A stretch of DNA of 64,000 nucleotides from Candidatus Omnitrophota bacterium (GCA_037146775.1 JBAWWL010000001.1:197464-261463); one strand, 5' to 3'; shown: positions 29,330 through 37,974, counted from the first letter of the stretch. The notes: generated by a model not told the origin, from the letters alone. Made by a program: numbers and translations.

Positions 29330-30464
29330 TGAGGGTATAAAACTTGTACGTAGCCCGCGTTCCGTAGAGATCGCAATAACCAATACCTGCAATTTACGTT
29401 GCGCATACTGCAGCCATTTCACTAGCGCCGCTGATGTTCCTGGGGATGTTTCCCTCGAAGATTGGCTCTGTTTCTTCGAAGAATTAAACCGCTGTTCGGT
29501 ATTGAAAGTATGTTTGGATGGCGGGGAGCCGTTCCACAGAAAAGATATAATTCAGATTATCCAAGGTATCGTTGCCAACCGCATGCGTTTCTCTGTTTTA
29601 AGTAACGGTACTTTGCTGACTGACGAAATTGCTGCATTCTTGGCTTCAACGCGAAGATGTGATTTTATCCAAATTTCCCTGGACGGTTCTATTGCGACTA
29701 CGCATGATGCCCTGCGGGGTGAAGGCAGTTTTCGGAAAGCTCTCGCAGGCATCCAGGCGCTTCAGAAACACAACATACCGGTTGCGGTCCGCGTTACTAT
29801 CCATAAGCATAATTTGAATCAGCTTGAAGAACTTACGCATTTTTTATTAGAGGAAATAGGGCTGCGCAGTTTTAGTACCAATGCCGCCTCGTATATGGGT
29901 TTATGCCGCAAGAATTCCAGCCAAGTACAACTGACTGTCGGAGAGCGTTCCTTGGCAATGGAAAAACTTCTTACGCTTAGCAATAAGTATCCCAATCGTA
30001 TCAGTGCTATGGCAGGGCCTTTAGCCGAAGCGAAAGGTTGGCTTGAAATGGAAGAAGCCCGGCACACAAGAAAGGCTCAACCAGCCGGGCGAGGATATTT
30101 AACGGGCTGTGCAGGCCCGATGAGTAAAATTGCTCTTCGTCCCGACGGTGTCTTTGTTCCTTGTATTCTGTTGAGCCATATAGAACTAGGAAAGATGAAC
30201 AAAGATGATTTTCGAGCTATTTGGCAGTCTCATCCGGCGCTAAAAAGTTTACGCAGCCGGCATTTGATTCCGTTAAACGAATTCGCCTTTTGTAAAGATT
30301 GTCTTTATGTAGATTATTGTGCCGGCGGCTGTCCGGCCTTAAGCTATACTGTTGTGGGTAACATGAATCATCCCAATCCCGACACCTGTTTGCGCAAGTT
30401 TCTTGCGGAGGGCGGATATCTGCCGCGAAAAGGATTTTTGGAGGCTACGACAGTTGTATGTTAA
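29304..30464 (+). CDS. radical SAM/SPASM-domain peptide-modifying enzyme
   Basis: CxxxCxxC (CNLRCAYC) radical SAM motif. The C-terminus carries the SPASM cysteine array (GCAG...C, CKDCLYVDYCAGGCPA). Overlaps the PqqD end. Confidence 0.85.
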   Translation: MDMNQLKTDEGIKLVRSPRSVEIAITNTCNLRCAYCSHFTSAADVPGDVSLEDWLCFFEELNRCSVLKVCLDGGEPFHRKDIIQIIQGIVANRMRFSVLSNGTLLTDEIAAFLASTRRCDFIQISLDGSIATTHDALRGEGSFRKALAGIQALQKHNIPVAVRVTIHKHNLNQLEELTHFLLEEIGLRSFSTNAASYMGLCRKNSSQVQLTVGERSLAMEKLLTLSNKYPNRISAMAGPLAEAKGWLEMEEARHTRKAQPAGRGYLTGCAGPMSKIALRPDGVFVPCILLSHIELGKMNKDDFRAIWQSHPALKSLRSRHLIPLNEFAFCKDCLYVDYCAGGCPALSYTVVGNMNHPNPDTCLRKFLAEGGYLPRKGFLEATTVVC

Positions 30465-31612
30465 CTGATGAGCGTATCGGTACGTCTGTTGATTCAGAGA
30501 AAAAACAAACCCCTCTCTTACGCTACTTGTATTTTTATCTTATTGATGGTTGTAACCTTAATTGCCGGCACTGCTGGATTAATCCCCGTTCCCAAGTTAG
30601 CCCTGGTGCTATACCCGGCGTGTTTCTTGATTTCGATCTTTTTAAGTCAATCGTGCAGCAAGCAAAACCTTTTGGCCTTAGGGGGATAAAACTGACCGGC
30701 GGAGAACCATTACTGCACCCCCGTATCGTGGACATACTGGCATTTTTGCAGAAAGAGGAATTTTCGGTGGTTCTGGAGACAAACGCGGTTCTCTGCAGCA
30801 CTGAGTTTGCCAAAAAGCTCAGCGCCCTAAAAAATATTTTTGTCAGCGTAAGCGTGGATGGTTCTTGCAGCCAGACTCACGACTGGATACGCCAGAGCGA
30901 GGGAAGTTTTGCGGCCGCCATAAAAGGGATCCAAACTTTTGTTTCCTCCGGCATACGGCCGCAAATTATCATGACGATTATGCGCCGCAATAAAGGCGAG
31001 ATCGAGCAGCTTATAAAAATGGCTGAAGGCCTAGGTATCGAATCGGTTAAATTCAATATTACCCAGCCTACTGCCCGGGCTACCACATTGCAGGAAAATG
31101 GCGAAACGCTTACTATCGCAGAGTTGGTGTCGTTGGGCACCTGGATTGAGCGCGAGCTTTCGAAAAAGACCTCTTTACGTATTGTATATAGCCATCCTCC
31201 TGCGTTCCAGCCGCTTGGCAAATTGTATGCAACTACAAAAGATTTCTGTGGTGCCTGCGGGGTCTTGAATATCCTGGGAGTGCTTGCCAACGGTTCCTAC
31301 GCTCTATGCGGTATTGGACAGACGGTCCCTGAATTGGTGTTTGGCCATGCAGCCTCTGACAGGCTTATTGATGTGTGGCAGCATAACGCCGCGCTTACGG
31401 CATTGCGGCAAGGGTTACCGCATAAACTTGAAGGTATTTGTCAGGCTTGTTTAATGAAAAGCCGTTGCCGCGGCCATTGTATTGCCGAAAACTTCTCCAT
31501 GCACAAAAATTTGTGGGCAGGGTACTGGTATTGTGAAGCAGCATACCAACAAGGCCTTTTCCCTTTAAGCCGATTATCCCCAAAACATAAAAACGTTAGT
31601 GTGAGTAATTAA
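30458..31612 (+). CDS. radical SAM/SPASM-domain peptide-modifying enzyme (second paralogue)
   Basis: CNLNCRHC radical SAM motif and C-terminal SPASM cysteines (CGAC...C, CQACLMKSRCRGHC). ATGA-type overlap with the upstream rSAM gene. Confidence 0.85.
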   Translation: MLTDERIGTSVDSEKKQTPLLRYLYFYLIDGCNLNCRHCWINPRSQVSPGAIPGVFLDFDLFKSIVQQAKPFGLRGIKLTGGEPLLHPRIVDILAFLQKEEFSVVLETNAVLCSTEFAKKLSALKNIFVSVSVDGSCSQTHDWIRQSEGSFAAAIKGIQTFVSSGIRPQIIMTIMRRNKGEIEQLIKMAEGLGIESVKFNITQPTARATTLQENGETLTIAELVSLGTWIERELSKKTSLRIVYSHPPAFQPLGKLYATTKDFCGACGVLNILGVLANGSYALCGIGQTVPELVFGHAASDRLIDVWQHNAALTALRQGLPHKLEGICQACLMKSRCRGHCIAENFSMHKNLWAGYWYCEAAYQQGLFPLSRLSPKHKNVSVSN

Positions 31613-31621
31613 GGAGGAGAT

Positions 31622-31846
31622 ATGCCCAAAAAAATCAAATGGACCAAACCACTCTTGAGGCCGGTAGATGGGTTAAAGAATGTTAGAGAAGGGGTGTCCT
31701 TGTCGTGTAATGATGGTAGTTCTGATGCGACCTCATGTAGCATGGGCAATAGCTTTTCTGGTGGTGACTGTACATCTTATGGCTCGAGCTATACTCCTCC
31801 GGTTTGCCCTGGCTATGGCTCTAGCTATTATTGCCCTATGGGTTGA
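31622..31846 (+). CDS. candidate RiPP precursor peptide (74 aa; Lys-rich leader, Cys/Ser/Gly/Tyr-rich core)
   Basis: Strong RBS AAGGAGGAGAT before the ATG. The translation was checked codon by codon. Five Cys at positions 29, 39, 50, 62 and 71; the YGSSY motif occurs twice. Encoded immediately after the two rSAM/SPASM genes. Confidence 0.6.
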   Translation: MPKKIKWTKPLLRPVDGLKNVREGVSLSCNDGSSDATSCSMGNSFSGGDCTSYGSSYTPPVCPGYGSSYYCPMG

Positions 31847-31893
31847 TGGTTTGTCAAATTCAGTAGTAGAATATTTTAGTAGATACCATAAGT

Positions 31894-32805
31894 ATGGTTA
31901 CGCCCGTCTATACATTGTTCTTGGAAGAGGAACTAAAGTGGTATATAACCGCTACCGAAGACGCATCTTCCTGGATGCATAAATTTGCCGCTATCATGCA
32001 GCTAGAACCTTCTTCTACGAACAGGTTTTCGAAGCTTATTTTTACTACTCTGCAGGTAGACCAGAAATTATCTTCCGCATTAGCCCGCACCCTGCATGAT
32101 TGTTCCGGCGATATCTTCCCTCCACAAGACTGGTGGTTTGAGGATTTAGGCTTGGTTAAGTTTTGGCGTAACCAACATAGCGAGCACATTATTTGTCAGC
32201 TTTCCGGCCAGTCTATATATGAGGTTGATATCAACAAAATGTCCTTATCTCTTCATGTTATCTATCAAAAAGCCATAGAAAAAGAAGGCTTGCCCTTACA
32301 TGCCGGTCTAGTAGAAAAAGAAGAGATGGGTGTAGTACTGGCAGCGCCTGGTTCTACCGGTAAATCAACCTGTTGTCGCCGCATTCCTTTTCCTTGGCAC
32401 GCTTTATGCGATGATGAAACGTTGCTGGTGCGTGATGTCCAAGGAAGTTTCTACGCACACCCTTTTCCGACTTGGAGCGAGTATCTTTGTAAGCGTTCCG
32501 AGCGGACATGGAATGTAGAAAGAAGGATTCCTTTGTCGGCAATATTTTTTTTAGCCCAATCAGAGACCGAGGAGTTAGCGGCTATAACTCAGGCGGAATC
32601 GGCAGCATTTCTCCACCAGCTGTCTTTACAAATTTACGGACGCGGCTTAAAACGGCTCAAAGCCAGCGAAGGAAAGAAACAATCCCGCTGTTTGTTTGAT
32701 AATGCCTGTCAGCTGGCCAAATCTTTACCGGCATATATGTTGCGTGTCAGCCGGGAGGGTAGATTCTGGGAGAAAATGGAGGAAGCTCTTGAAAGAGTCT
32801 GTTGA
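31894..32805 (+). CDS. HPr-kinase-like P-loop protein (HprK-related / ScmC-like)
   Basis: P-loop APGSTGKST in the position of the HprK C-terminal kinase-domain Walker A. About 300 aa. Sits inside the rSAM/PqqD cassette. Confidence 0.5.
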   Translation: MVTPVYTLFLEEELKWYITATEDASSWMHKFAAIMQLEPSSTNRFSKLIFTTLQVDQKLSSALARTLHDCSGDIFPPQDWWFEDLGLVKFWRNQHSEHIICQLSGQSIYEVDINKMSLSLHVIYQKAIEKEGLPLHAGLVEKEEMGVVLAAPGSTGKSTCCRRIPFPWHALCDDETLLVRDVQGSFYAHPFPTWSEYLCKRSERTWNVERRIPLSAIFFLAQSETEELAAITQAESAAFLHQLSLQIYGRGLKRLKASEGKKQSRCLFDNACQLAKSLPAYMLRVSREGRFWEKMEEALERVC

Positions 32806-33394
32806 CGTTAATTTTGCTTATTTTGGTGCAGGCCCCAGCATGAAGCCTACGATATGTGCGCATGACCTTCTTTCTGTTTTTGCGTACAACGAGAGAAAAA
32901 TTATCCGCGGCGATGTGGTGGTTTTTATATCTCCCTTGAATGGCCGAAAAATTGCTCACCGGGTTATTTGCGCCGGAAAGCAGCATATCAGGACTAAGGG
33001 TGACCACAATCGCTATGTGGATCCCTGGTTGCTTACCCCGCAGGATATTATTGGTCAGGTAGCCTATGTACAAAGAGGAAAAAAGAGAATTCGTATTTAT
33101 GGTGCAGTGCTGGGAGAGCTTTATGTAACCAAGATAAAAATAATGTGTTTTGTGCGCAAAAGCGCATCTTTTATTTTTGGTATGTGTTACCGTTATATAG
33201 CCCAAAAAAGTCTGTTCTACCGTTTGAGTAAATTTTTTCTTAAACCGCGGCTGGTGGTATTTAACCGGCCTGGAGGAGAAGACCTGCAGTTGGTGCTCGG
33301 CCATAGCTTTGTCGTTGGCCGCCGTATGCCCGGAAAAAACACATGGCATATCCGCCGGCCGTTTCGTCTTCTGGTAGATAAAGCATTCCAGTAA
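32696..33394 (+). CDS. S24/S26-family Ser-Lys peptidase (signal peptidase I-like); start likely near 32789
   Basis: GAGPSMKPT (the SMxPT serine box) and KGDHNRY (the Lys/GDxNR box) of signal peptidase I/LexA-type peptidases. No N-terminal TM anchor. The longest ORF overlaps the upstream gene, so the true start is probably TTG 32789 or nearby. Confidence 0.55.
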   Translation: MIMPVSWPNLYRHICCVSAGRVDSGRKWRKLLKESVDVNFAYFGAGPSMKPTICAHDLLSVFAYNERKIIRGDVVVFISPLNGRKIAHRVICAGKQHIRTKGDHNRYVDPWLLTPQDIIGQVAYVQRGKKRIRIYGAVLGELYVTKIKIMCFVRKSASFIFGMCYRYIAQKSLFYRLSKFFLKPRLVVFNRPGGEDLQLVLGHSFVVGRRMPGKNTWHIRRPFRLLVDKAFQ

Positions 33395-33456
33395 TTTTGT
33401 AACAAGGCTTTCCTTCTCGCCCGGCATTTCTTTATGTCATCTTTTTTCCAAAACAC

Positions 33457-34653
33457 ATGAGCGTAATGCATAAAAGAATTACCTGGTTAGTCTGTGGTAA
33501 TTTTAACGGTTATCTCGATGACGGCGGCACCAACAGTACGTTGACGTTGTTGCGGGAATTACAGAAAAGAGGCGCTTCCTGCAGTGTGCAAGTTTTTCTT
33601 GGCTTGGGAAGTGTTGCGTCTCTGACGGCGTATGTTGCAAGAGTGAGAGATTTTGCCCACAGTGGCAGGATCATAATAAAAAAAGGCTACGTATCGTTTT
33701 ACGTAAAAAATATTCTTATTGAAGCACGCATCGTCAAGGAGAATATTTTTAAGCTGTATCATACGCGTGACGAAAAAGCGTTACGTGCCCTCACGCTCCA
33801 CATAAAAGCAATACTACGAATGACGCGGCCGGATATTATTATTACCAGCCAGGAAGATATTTTTTCTTTACGGGCGGCCGATGAATCAGGGATTCCTTGT
33901 TGCCATATTTTTTCGTCCGCGTGTTTTAAATTCCTCGATACGTTCAATATATACAAAAATGAATTCCGCGCATGCTTGGCAAAAACACTGGTAGTTACGT
34001 GTTCTTGTTTTCTAAAAAGAGATATAAGGAATATCTGGAATAAAAGAGCAATTTTATTACCGGCGCTGATTGACCGTATTTCATGCGTGGCCAAGAAGAG
34101 AAACCCGCGTTACATAACTTTCGTCAACTGTCATCCTCATAAGGGGGCAGTGATATTCTGGAATATAGCCAGAAAATTGCCGCATAAAAGATTTTTGGTA
34201 ATCGATAACCACGGATTTTTTCCGCTTAAGTCACCTCTGAAAAATGTCACTGTATTGCGTCGGCAATCAGACATGAAAAAAGTCTACCGGCTTACAAAAA
34301 TATTGCTTTTTCCCTCTCTTGTGGAGGAAAGCTATGGCATGGTTCTCGTTGAGGCGATGGCGAACGGTATTCCGGTTATCGCTAATCGCATAGAAGGCAT
34401 AAAAAATACTTTGCAAAAGGCAGGATTCCTTGTAGATATCAATCAAAGAGATAAAGATAAGAAAGATTATTTTTATAATTCCCTCTACCACATGAAAACA
34501 TATCAACAGTATGTGGCGTTAATTACCATGTTAGATTCCGATAGTGCGGTGTATAATAAAGCTTCGAAAAAAGCTCTGCAGGAAGCAGAAAGGATTATGA
34601 GCAGGCAGCGTCAAGCATTGGAGGGTTTCGCGGATCTTATCGCAAAGCGATAA
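33457..34653 (+). CDS. glycosyltransferase family 4 (GT1-type fold)
   Basis: C-terminal donor-binding motif EESYGMVLVEAMANGIPVIANRIEGI. Confidence 0.7.
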   Translation: MSVMHKRITWLVCGNFNGYLDDGGTNSTLTLLRELQKRGASCSVQVFLGLGSVASLTAYVARVRDFAHSGRIIIKKGYVSFYVKNILIEARIVKENIFKLYHTRDEKALRALTLHIKAILRMTRPDIIITSQEDIFSLRAADESGIPCCHIFSSACFKFLDTFNIYKNEFRACLAKTLVVTCSCFLKRDIRNIWNKRAILLPALIDRISCVAKKRNPRYITFVNCHPHKGAVIFWNIARKLPHKRFLVIDNHGFFPLKSPLKNVTVLRRQSDMKKVYRLTKILLFPSLVEESYGMVLVEAMANGIPVIANRIEGIKNTLQKAGFLVDINQRDKDKKDYFYNSLYHMKTYQQYVALITMLDSDSAVYNKASKKALQEAERIMSRQRQALEGFADLIAKR

Positions 34654-34717
34654 GGTTCTCTAACGTTGGCGTAGGCGTGAGTATGTGTACAGGGTGTAAA
34701 ATGTTTTTCGTTAACTG

Positions 34718-36451
34718 ATGAAAATAAGAAATATAGTCTGGCGTCGTTTTCTCCCGTATTTATACAGGTATCGGAAGCTACAGGTTGCTGTTATGGTTTT
34801 AAGCCTCCTGGCTATTCCGCTTGCCCTTTTGAGCCCTTACCTTGCGAAGCTGGTTATCGACAAGGCGTATATGGGCAAAGACCTGGCGTTATTTTTTATT
34901 CTTGCGGTAATAGGCGGTTTGGTCTTTGTGGTTACTGCTCTTATAAGCTCTTTGAATGATTATCTTTTAATGCGTATGAACCGCCGGGTTTGTTTTGATA
35001 TGGGAAGGGATATCTTCAGGCATCTCCAGAATCTGTCTTTAAGCTTTTTTGACACCAAGTCAGCCAGTGAACACATATATAAAATACATAATGATGTAAA
35101 TATCGTAAGTGCTTTTCTTTGTAACGCGTTGCCTCAAGGTGTCACCCTTGTCGTGCGATTTTTATGTATCTTCATCGTGGTGTTGCATCTTAACTGGAAA
35201 CTCGCTCTTTTTGCATTTTTTATGATTCCTGTAAGCTTCATCCACCCCTGTTTTTTCCGCAAACTGTTAAAAGAATCGACTACCGGAATGATAGAGAAAT
35301 CTCAAAGAATGTTCAGGTATCTTTGTGAAGTTTTTAGCCACACGCATCTGGTAAAAGCTTTTGGCAAAGAGGAATGCGAGACGCATCGGTTTGAGGTTGT
35401 TTCTCTGGAAAGATTCAACGTGGAGGCTACGCGCGATAAGTTGTTGAGTATAAGCGCTTTTTCCGGTTCTGTCCTAAACAAAATTATCAATGGCTTTATT
35501 GCCCTATATGGAGGGTATCAGGTTATTACCGGCGCTATGACGCTTGGTAGTTTCAGCGCGATAATGATTTATTCAGCCCAGCTTACAGGGCTTTCCAAAT
35601 TATTAGCCAAATTTTACGAAAATATCGCCATTAATTCGGTTTCTGTAGAGCGGTTGATTGAAATTTTAGATACCAAGCCAAAGATCGCAAACAAGAAAGA
35701 CGCTTTAGATTATCAAATCTTAAAGGGGAGTATCGACTTTAAAGACGTCTCTTTTGGGTATAAGGAAAACAGTTTTGTTTTGAAAAGTATGAATTTTGAA
35801 ATTACTCCTGGCTCGAAAATTGCCATTACCGGCCCTTCGGGGTGCGGGAAAACCACTTTGCTCTCGCTTATGTTAAGGATATATGACGTTAAAGACGGGG
35901 CTGTTTTGATCGATGGAATGGACATCAGGGATATGAGAATAGAGGCGCTTACGTCGCAAGTCGCCATAGTACTCCAGGAGCCTTTTTTATGGAACGATAC
36001 CATAGCGTGTAATATTCTGTATGGTATGGAGGGTGCCACTCAAAAGCAGATGGTTGAAGCGGCAAAAATTGCCGAGATACACGAGTTTATCGTGAGCCTT
36101 GAATGCGGTTACGATAGCGAAATCGGTGAAATGGCTTGTTTGCTTTCCGAAGGCCAAAAACAGCGTCTGGCCATTGCGCGTGCTGTTATAAAACGGCCGG
36201 CTGTCCTGCTTTTTGACGAAGCCTTTTCTTCTATAGATTCCGAAACCGAAAACAAAATCATAGATAATATTAATGGGCATCTTGCGGGTACCACTGTTAT
36301 AGTTGTTTCCCATAGAATTTCTACTATAAAAAGAATGGATGCGGTTTATTTCTTTGAGGGCCATTCCCATCTTGTGCGAAGTGCTCATTCCGAGCTTGTA
36401 AAAAGCAACGCGGCGTACAAGGAATTATTTACCGGTCAGCACGCCTCGTAA
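34718..36451 (+). CDS. ABC exporter, fused transmembrane and ATP-binding domains
   Basis: Six N-terminal TM helices, then Walker A GPSGCGKTT, signature LSEGQKQRLAIARA and Walker B LLFDEA. Confidence 0.85.
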   Translation: MKIRNIVWRRFLPYLYRYRKLQVAVMVLSLLAIPLALLSPYLAKLVIDKAYMGKDLALFFILAVIGGLVFVVTALISSLNDYLLMRMNRRVCFDMGRDIFRHLQNLSLSFFDTKSASEHIYKIHNDVNIVSAFLCNALPQGVTLVVRFLCIFIVVLHLNWKLALFAFFMIPVSFIHPCFFRKLLKESTTGMIEKSQRMFRYLCEVFSHTHLVKAFGKEECETHRFEVVSLERFNVEATRDKLLSISAFSGSVLNKIINGFIALYGGYQVITGAMTLGSFSAIMIYSAQLTGLSKLLAKFYENIAINSVSVERLIEILDTKPKIANKKDALDYQILKGSIDFKDVSFGYKENSFVLKSMNFEITPGSKIAITGPSGCGKTTLLSLMLRIYDVKDGAVLIDGMDIRDMRIEALTSQVAIVLQEPFLWNDTIACNILYGMEGATQKQMVEAAKIAEIHEFIVSLECGYDSEIGEMACLLSEGQKQRLAIARAVIKRPAVLLFDEAFSSIDSETENKIIDNINGHLAGTTVIVVSHRISTIKRMDAVYFFEGHSHLVRSAHSELVKSNAAYKELFTGQHAS

Positions 36452-36512
36452 CGGAAGGTTGTCGCTGGTTGTCTGTGCTACCGTTCTGTTGTTCCGGAGG
36501 ATGAATTAGCTT

Positions 36513-37685
36513 ATGACGTACATGAAAAGATCGCAAACCATACCGGCTCAATATAGCGCACACATGGTCAATGCCGAAAAGTTTGTGGTGCTGTGCGTGC
36601 AGTATAATGGCGATGAATCTTTGCGGGAACAGGCAATGGCGTTCATCGCCGAGGGGATTGACTGGGAATATTTTGTTGATATTAGCGTAGCGCAAAAGAT
36701 TGCCGTCATGGTATATAACGTAATATACAAGATCGTACCACCCGAATGTATTCCTTGCTTTGTTTTTGACGCGCTGCGCAACGCATACCTTTATATAGTA
36801 TCGAAAACGCTTCTAAAACATACAGAGACCCTAAAGCTTTTAAGATTGTGTGCTCAGGCGCAAGTAAAGGTCGTGCCGCTTAAAGGGACTATTTTGGCGA
36901 AACGTCTGTACGGCCAAGTGCACCTGCGTGACTTAAGTTCGGATATTGATTTATTTATCGAAGAAAAAGATAAATTATGCGCGAGAGATATACTTGCCAG
37001 AGAAGGGTATGTTTTGCGTTTACGGGGTAACGACGATTATTCCGGGTATAATGAGTTTATGAAAGCAGGTTTTGGCAGTATTGACTTACAATGGAAGATA
37101 GTCGAGACTATTGATTGCAGCCGTTCCAGGCTAGAAGGTTTTTGGAGAGCCGTACAAAAAACGGAGGAGGAAGACATAACTTTTAGTGTGTTTCAAACGG
37201 AAGAATTATTGTTGTATCTTTGCGCCCACAGCATGAGCAAACATTGTTTCGGCCAGTTACGGCATATCTGCGATATACATCAGCTTTTGGTAGTGGAGCA
37301 TGCAGCGATCGACTGGAACCGCATCGTTGCGAAGGCAAAAGAATGGAATCTTTTAACTTCCTTGTATTGCGCGCTGTCGATGCGGCAATACTTTTTTAAA
37401 ATTTCTGTTGCGCCCGAAATAAAGAAAGTTTTAAAAATATCAAGGTTCAAGATTATGTTGCTAAAAGTATTTACGGATGAATTGGTCTTCTTCCGGCGGC
37501 AAAGCTTCCGGCGGCGCTTGGTAGACAGGTTTCTGGGTTTCGTTTTTTTTAGATTCGTTGAGGCGCGCAGCTTGAGAGATTACTTCTTTTTTGTTTTTCC
37601 TCCCAGGGAAGCGCTGCAAAGTAAAAGTTATCTTACCATGTTTTGGCGAGGATTGGGAAAGCTTACTTCGGTATTTGCACGATAA
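36513..37685 (+). CDS. nucleotidyltransferase-like protein (uncharacterised NTase family often seen in RiPP clusters)
   Basis: Central VVPLKGTILAKRLYG...DLSSDIDLFI region resembles pol-beta-type NTase GS...D.D motifs. The family assignment is from memory and unverified. Confidence 0.45.
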   Translation: MTYMKRSQTIPAQYSAHMVNAEKFVVLCVQYNGDESLREQAMAFIAEGIDWEYFVDISVAQKIAVMVYNVIYKIVPPECIPCFVFDALRNAYLYIVSKTLLKHTETLKLLRLCAQAQVKVVPLKGTILAKRLYGQVHLRDLSSDIDLFIEEKDKLCARDILAREGYVLRLRGNDDYSGYNEFMKAGFGSIDLQWKIVETIDCSRSRLEGFWRAVQKTEEEDITFSVFQTEELLLYLCAHSMSKHCFGQLRHICDIHQLLVVEHAAIDWNRIVAKAKEWNLLTSLYCALSMRQYFFKISVAPEIKKVLKISRFKIMLLKVFTDELVFFRRQSFRRRLVDRFLGFVFFRFVEARSLRDYFFFVFPPREALQSKSYLTMFWRGLGKLTSVFAR

Positions 37686-37866
37686 TAACTTTTAAATATG
37701 GTGTATATATTATACAGGTAGTATTGAGTCGTGAGTATTGAGTATATAGTAGATAGTGAAGACAAAGGGAAATGGCAGCTATAATCAATTACTATATTTT
37801 AGTATATTCTAATATACCTTATAATAGTTTAGTATATCTTAATGTGTCAATTAAATCTAAAACATA

Positions 37867-37922
37867 TTGACAGAATTAATTTTAGTGAGTATACTTTAAT
37901 ATGTGTTGATATACTTTAATAT
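37867..37922 (+). promoter_or_regulatory. candidate sigma70 promoter (TTGACA-N17-TATACT) overlapped by two ATACTTTAATAT direct repeats (putative operator)
   Basis: -35 at 37867-37872 and -10 at 37890-37895. The 12-bp repeats sit at 37891-37902 and 37911-37922. More direct repeats (AGTATTGAGT x2, TTTAGTATAT x2) lie upstream in the 289-bp AT-rich gap. Confidence 0.4.
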
Positions 37923-37974
37923 AGTTTAGTAATGTCTCGGGGCAGTGAGTAATTTTTGTTAAAAGATTTTACAA

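Noticed and set aside
31680-31982. 100-aa ORF overlapping the candidate precursor peptide in another frame
   Set aside because: No RBS, whereas the 74-aa frame has a strong one. Its translation is a hydrophobic Ala/Leu-rich mirror typical of an off-frame reading of Gly/Ser codons.
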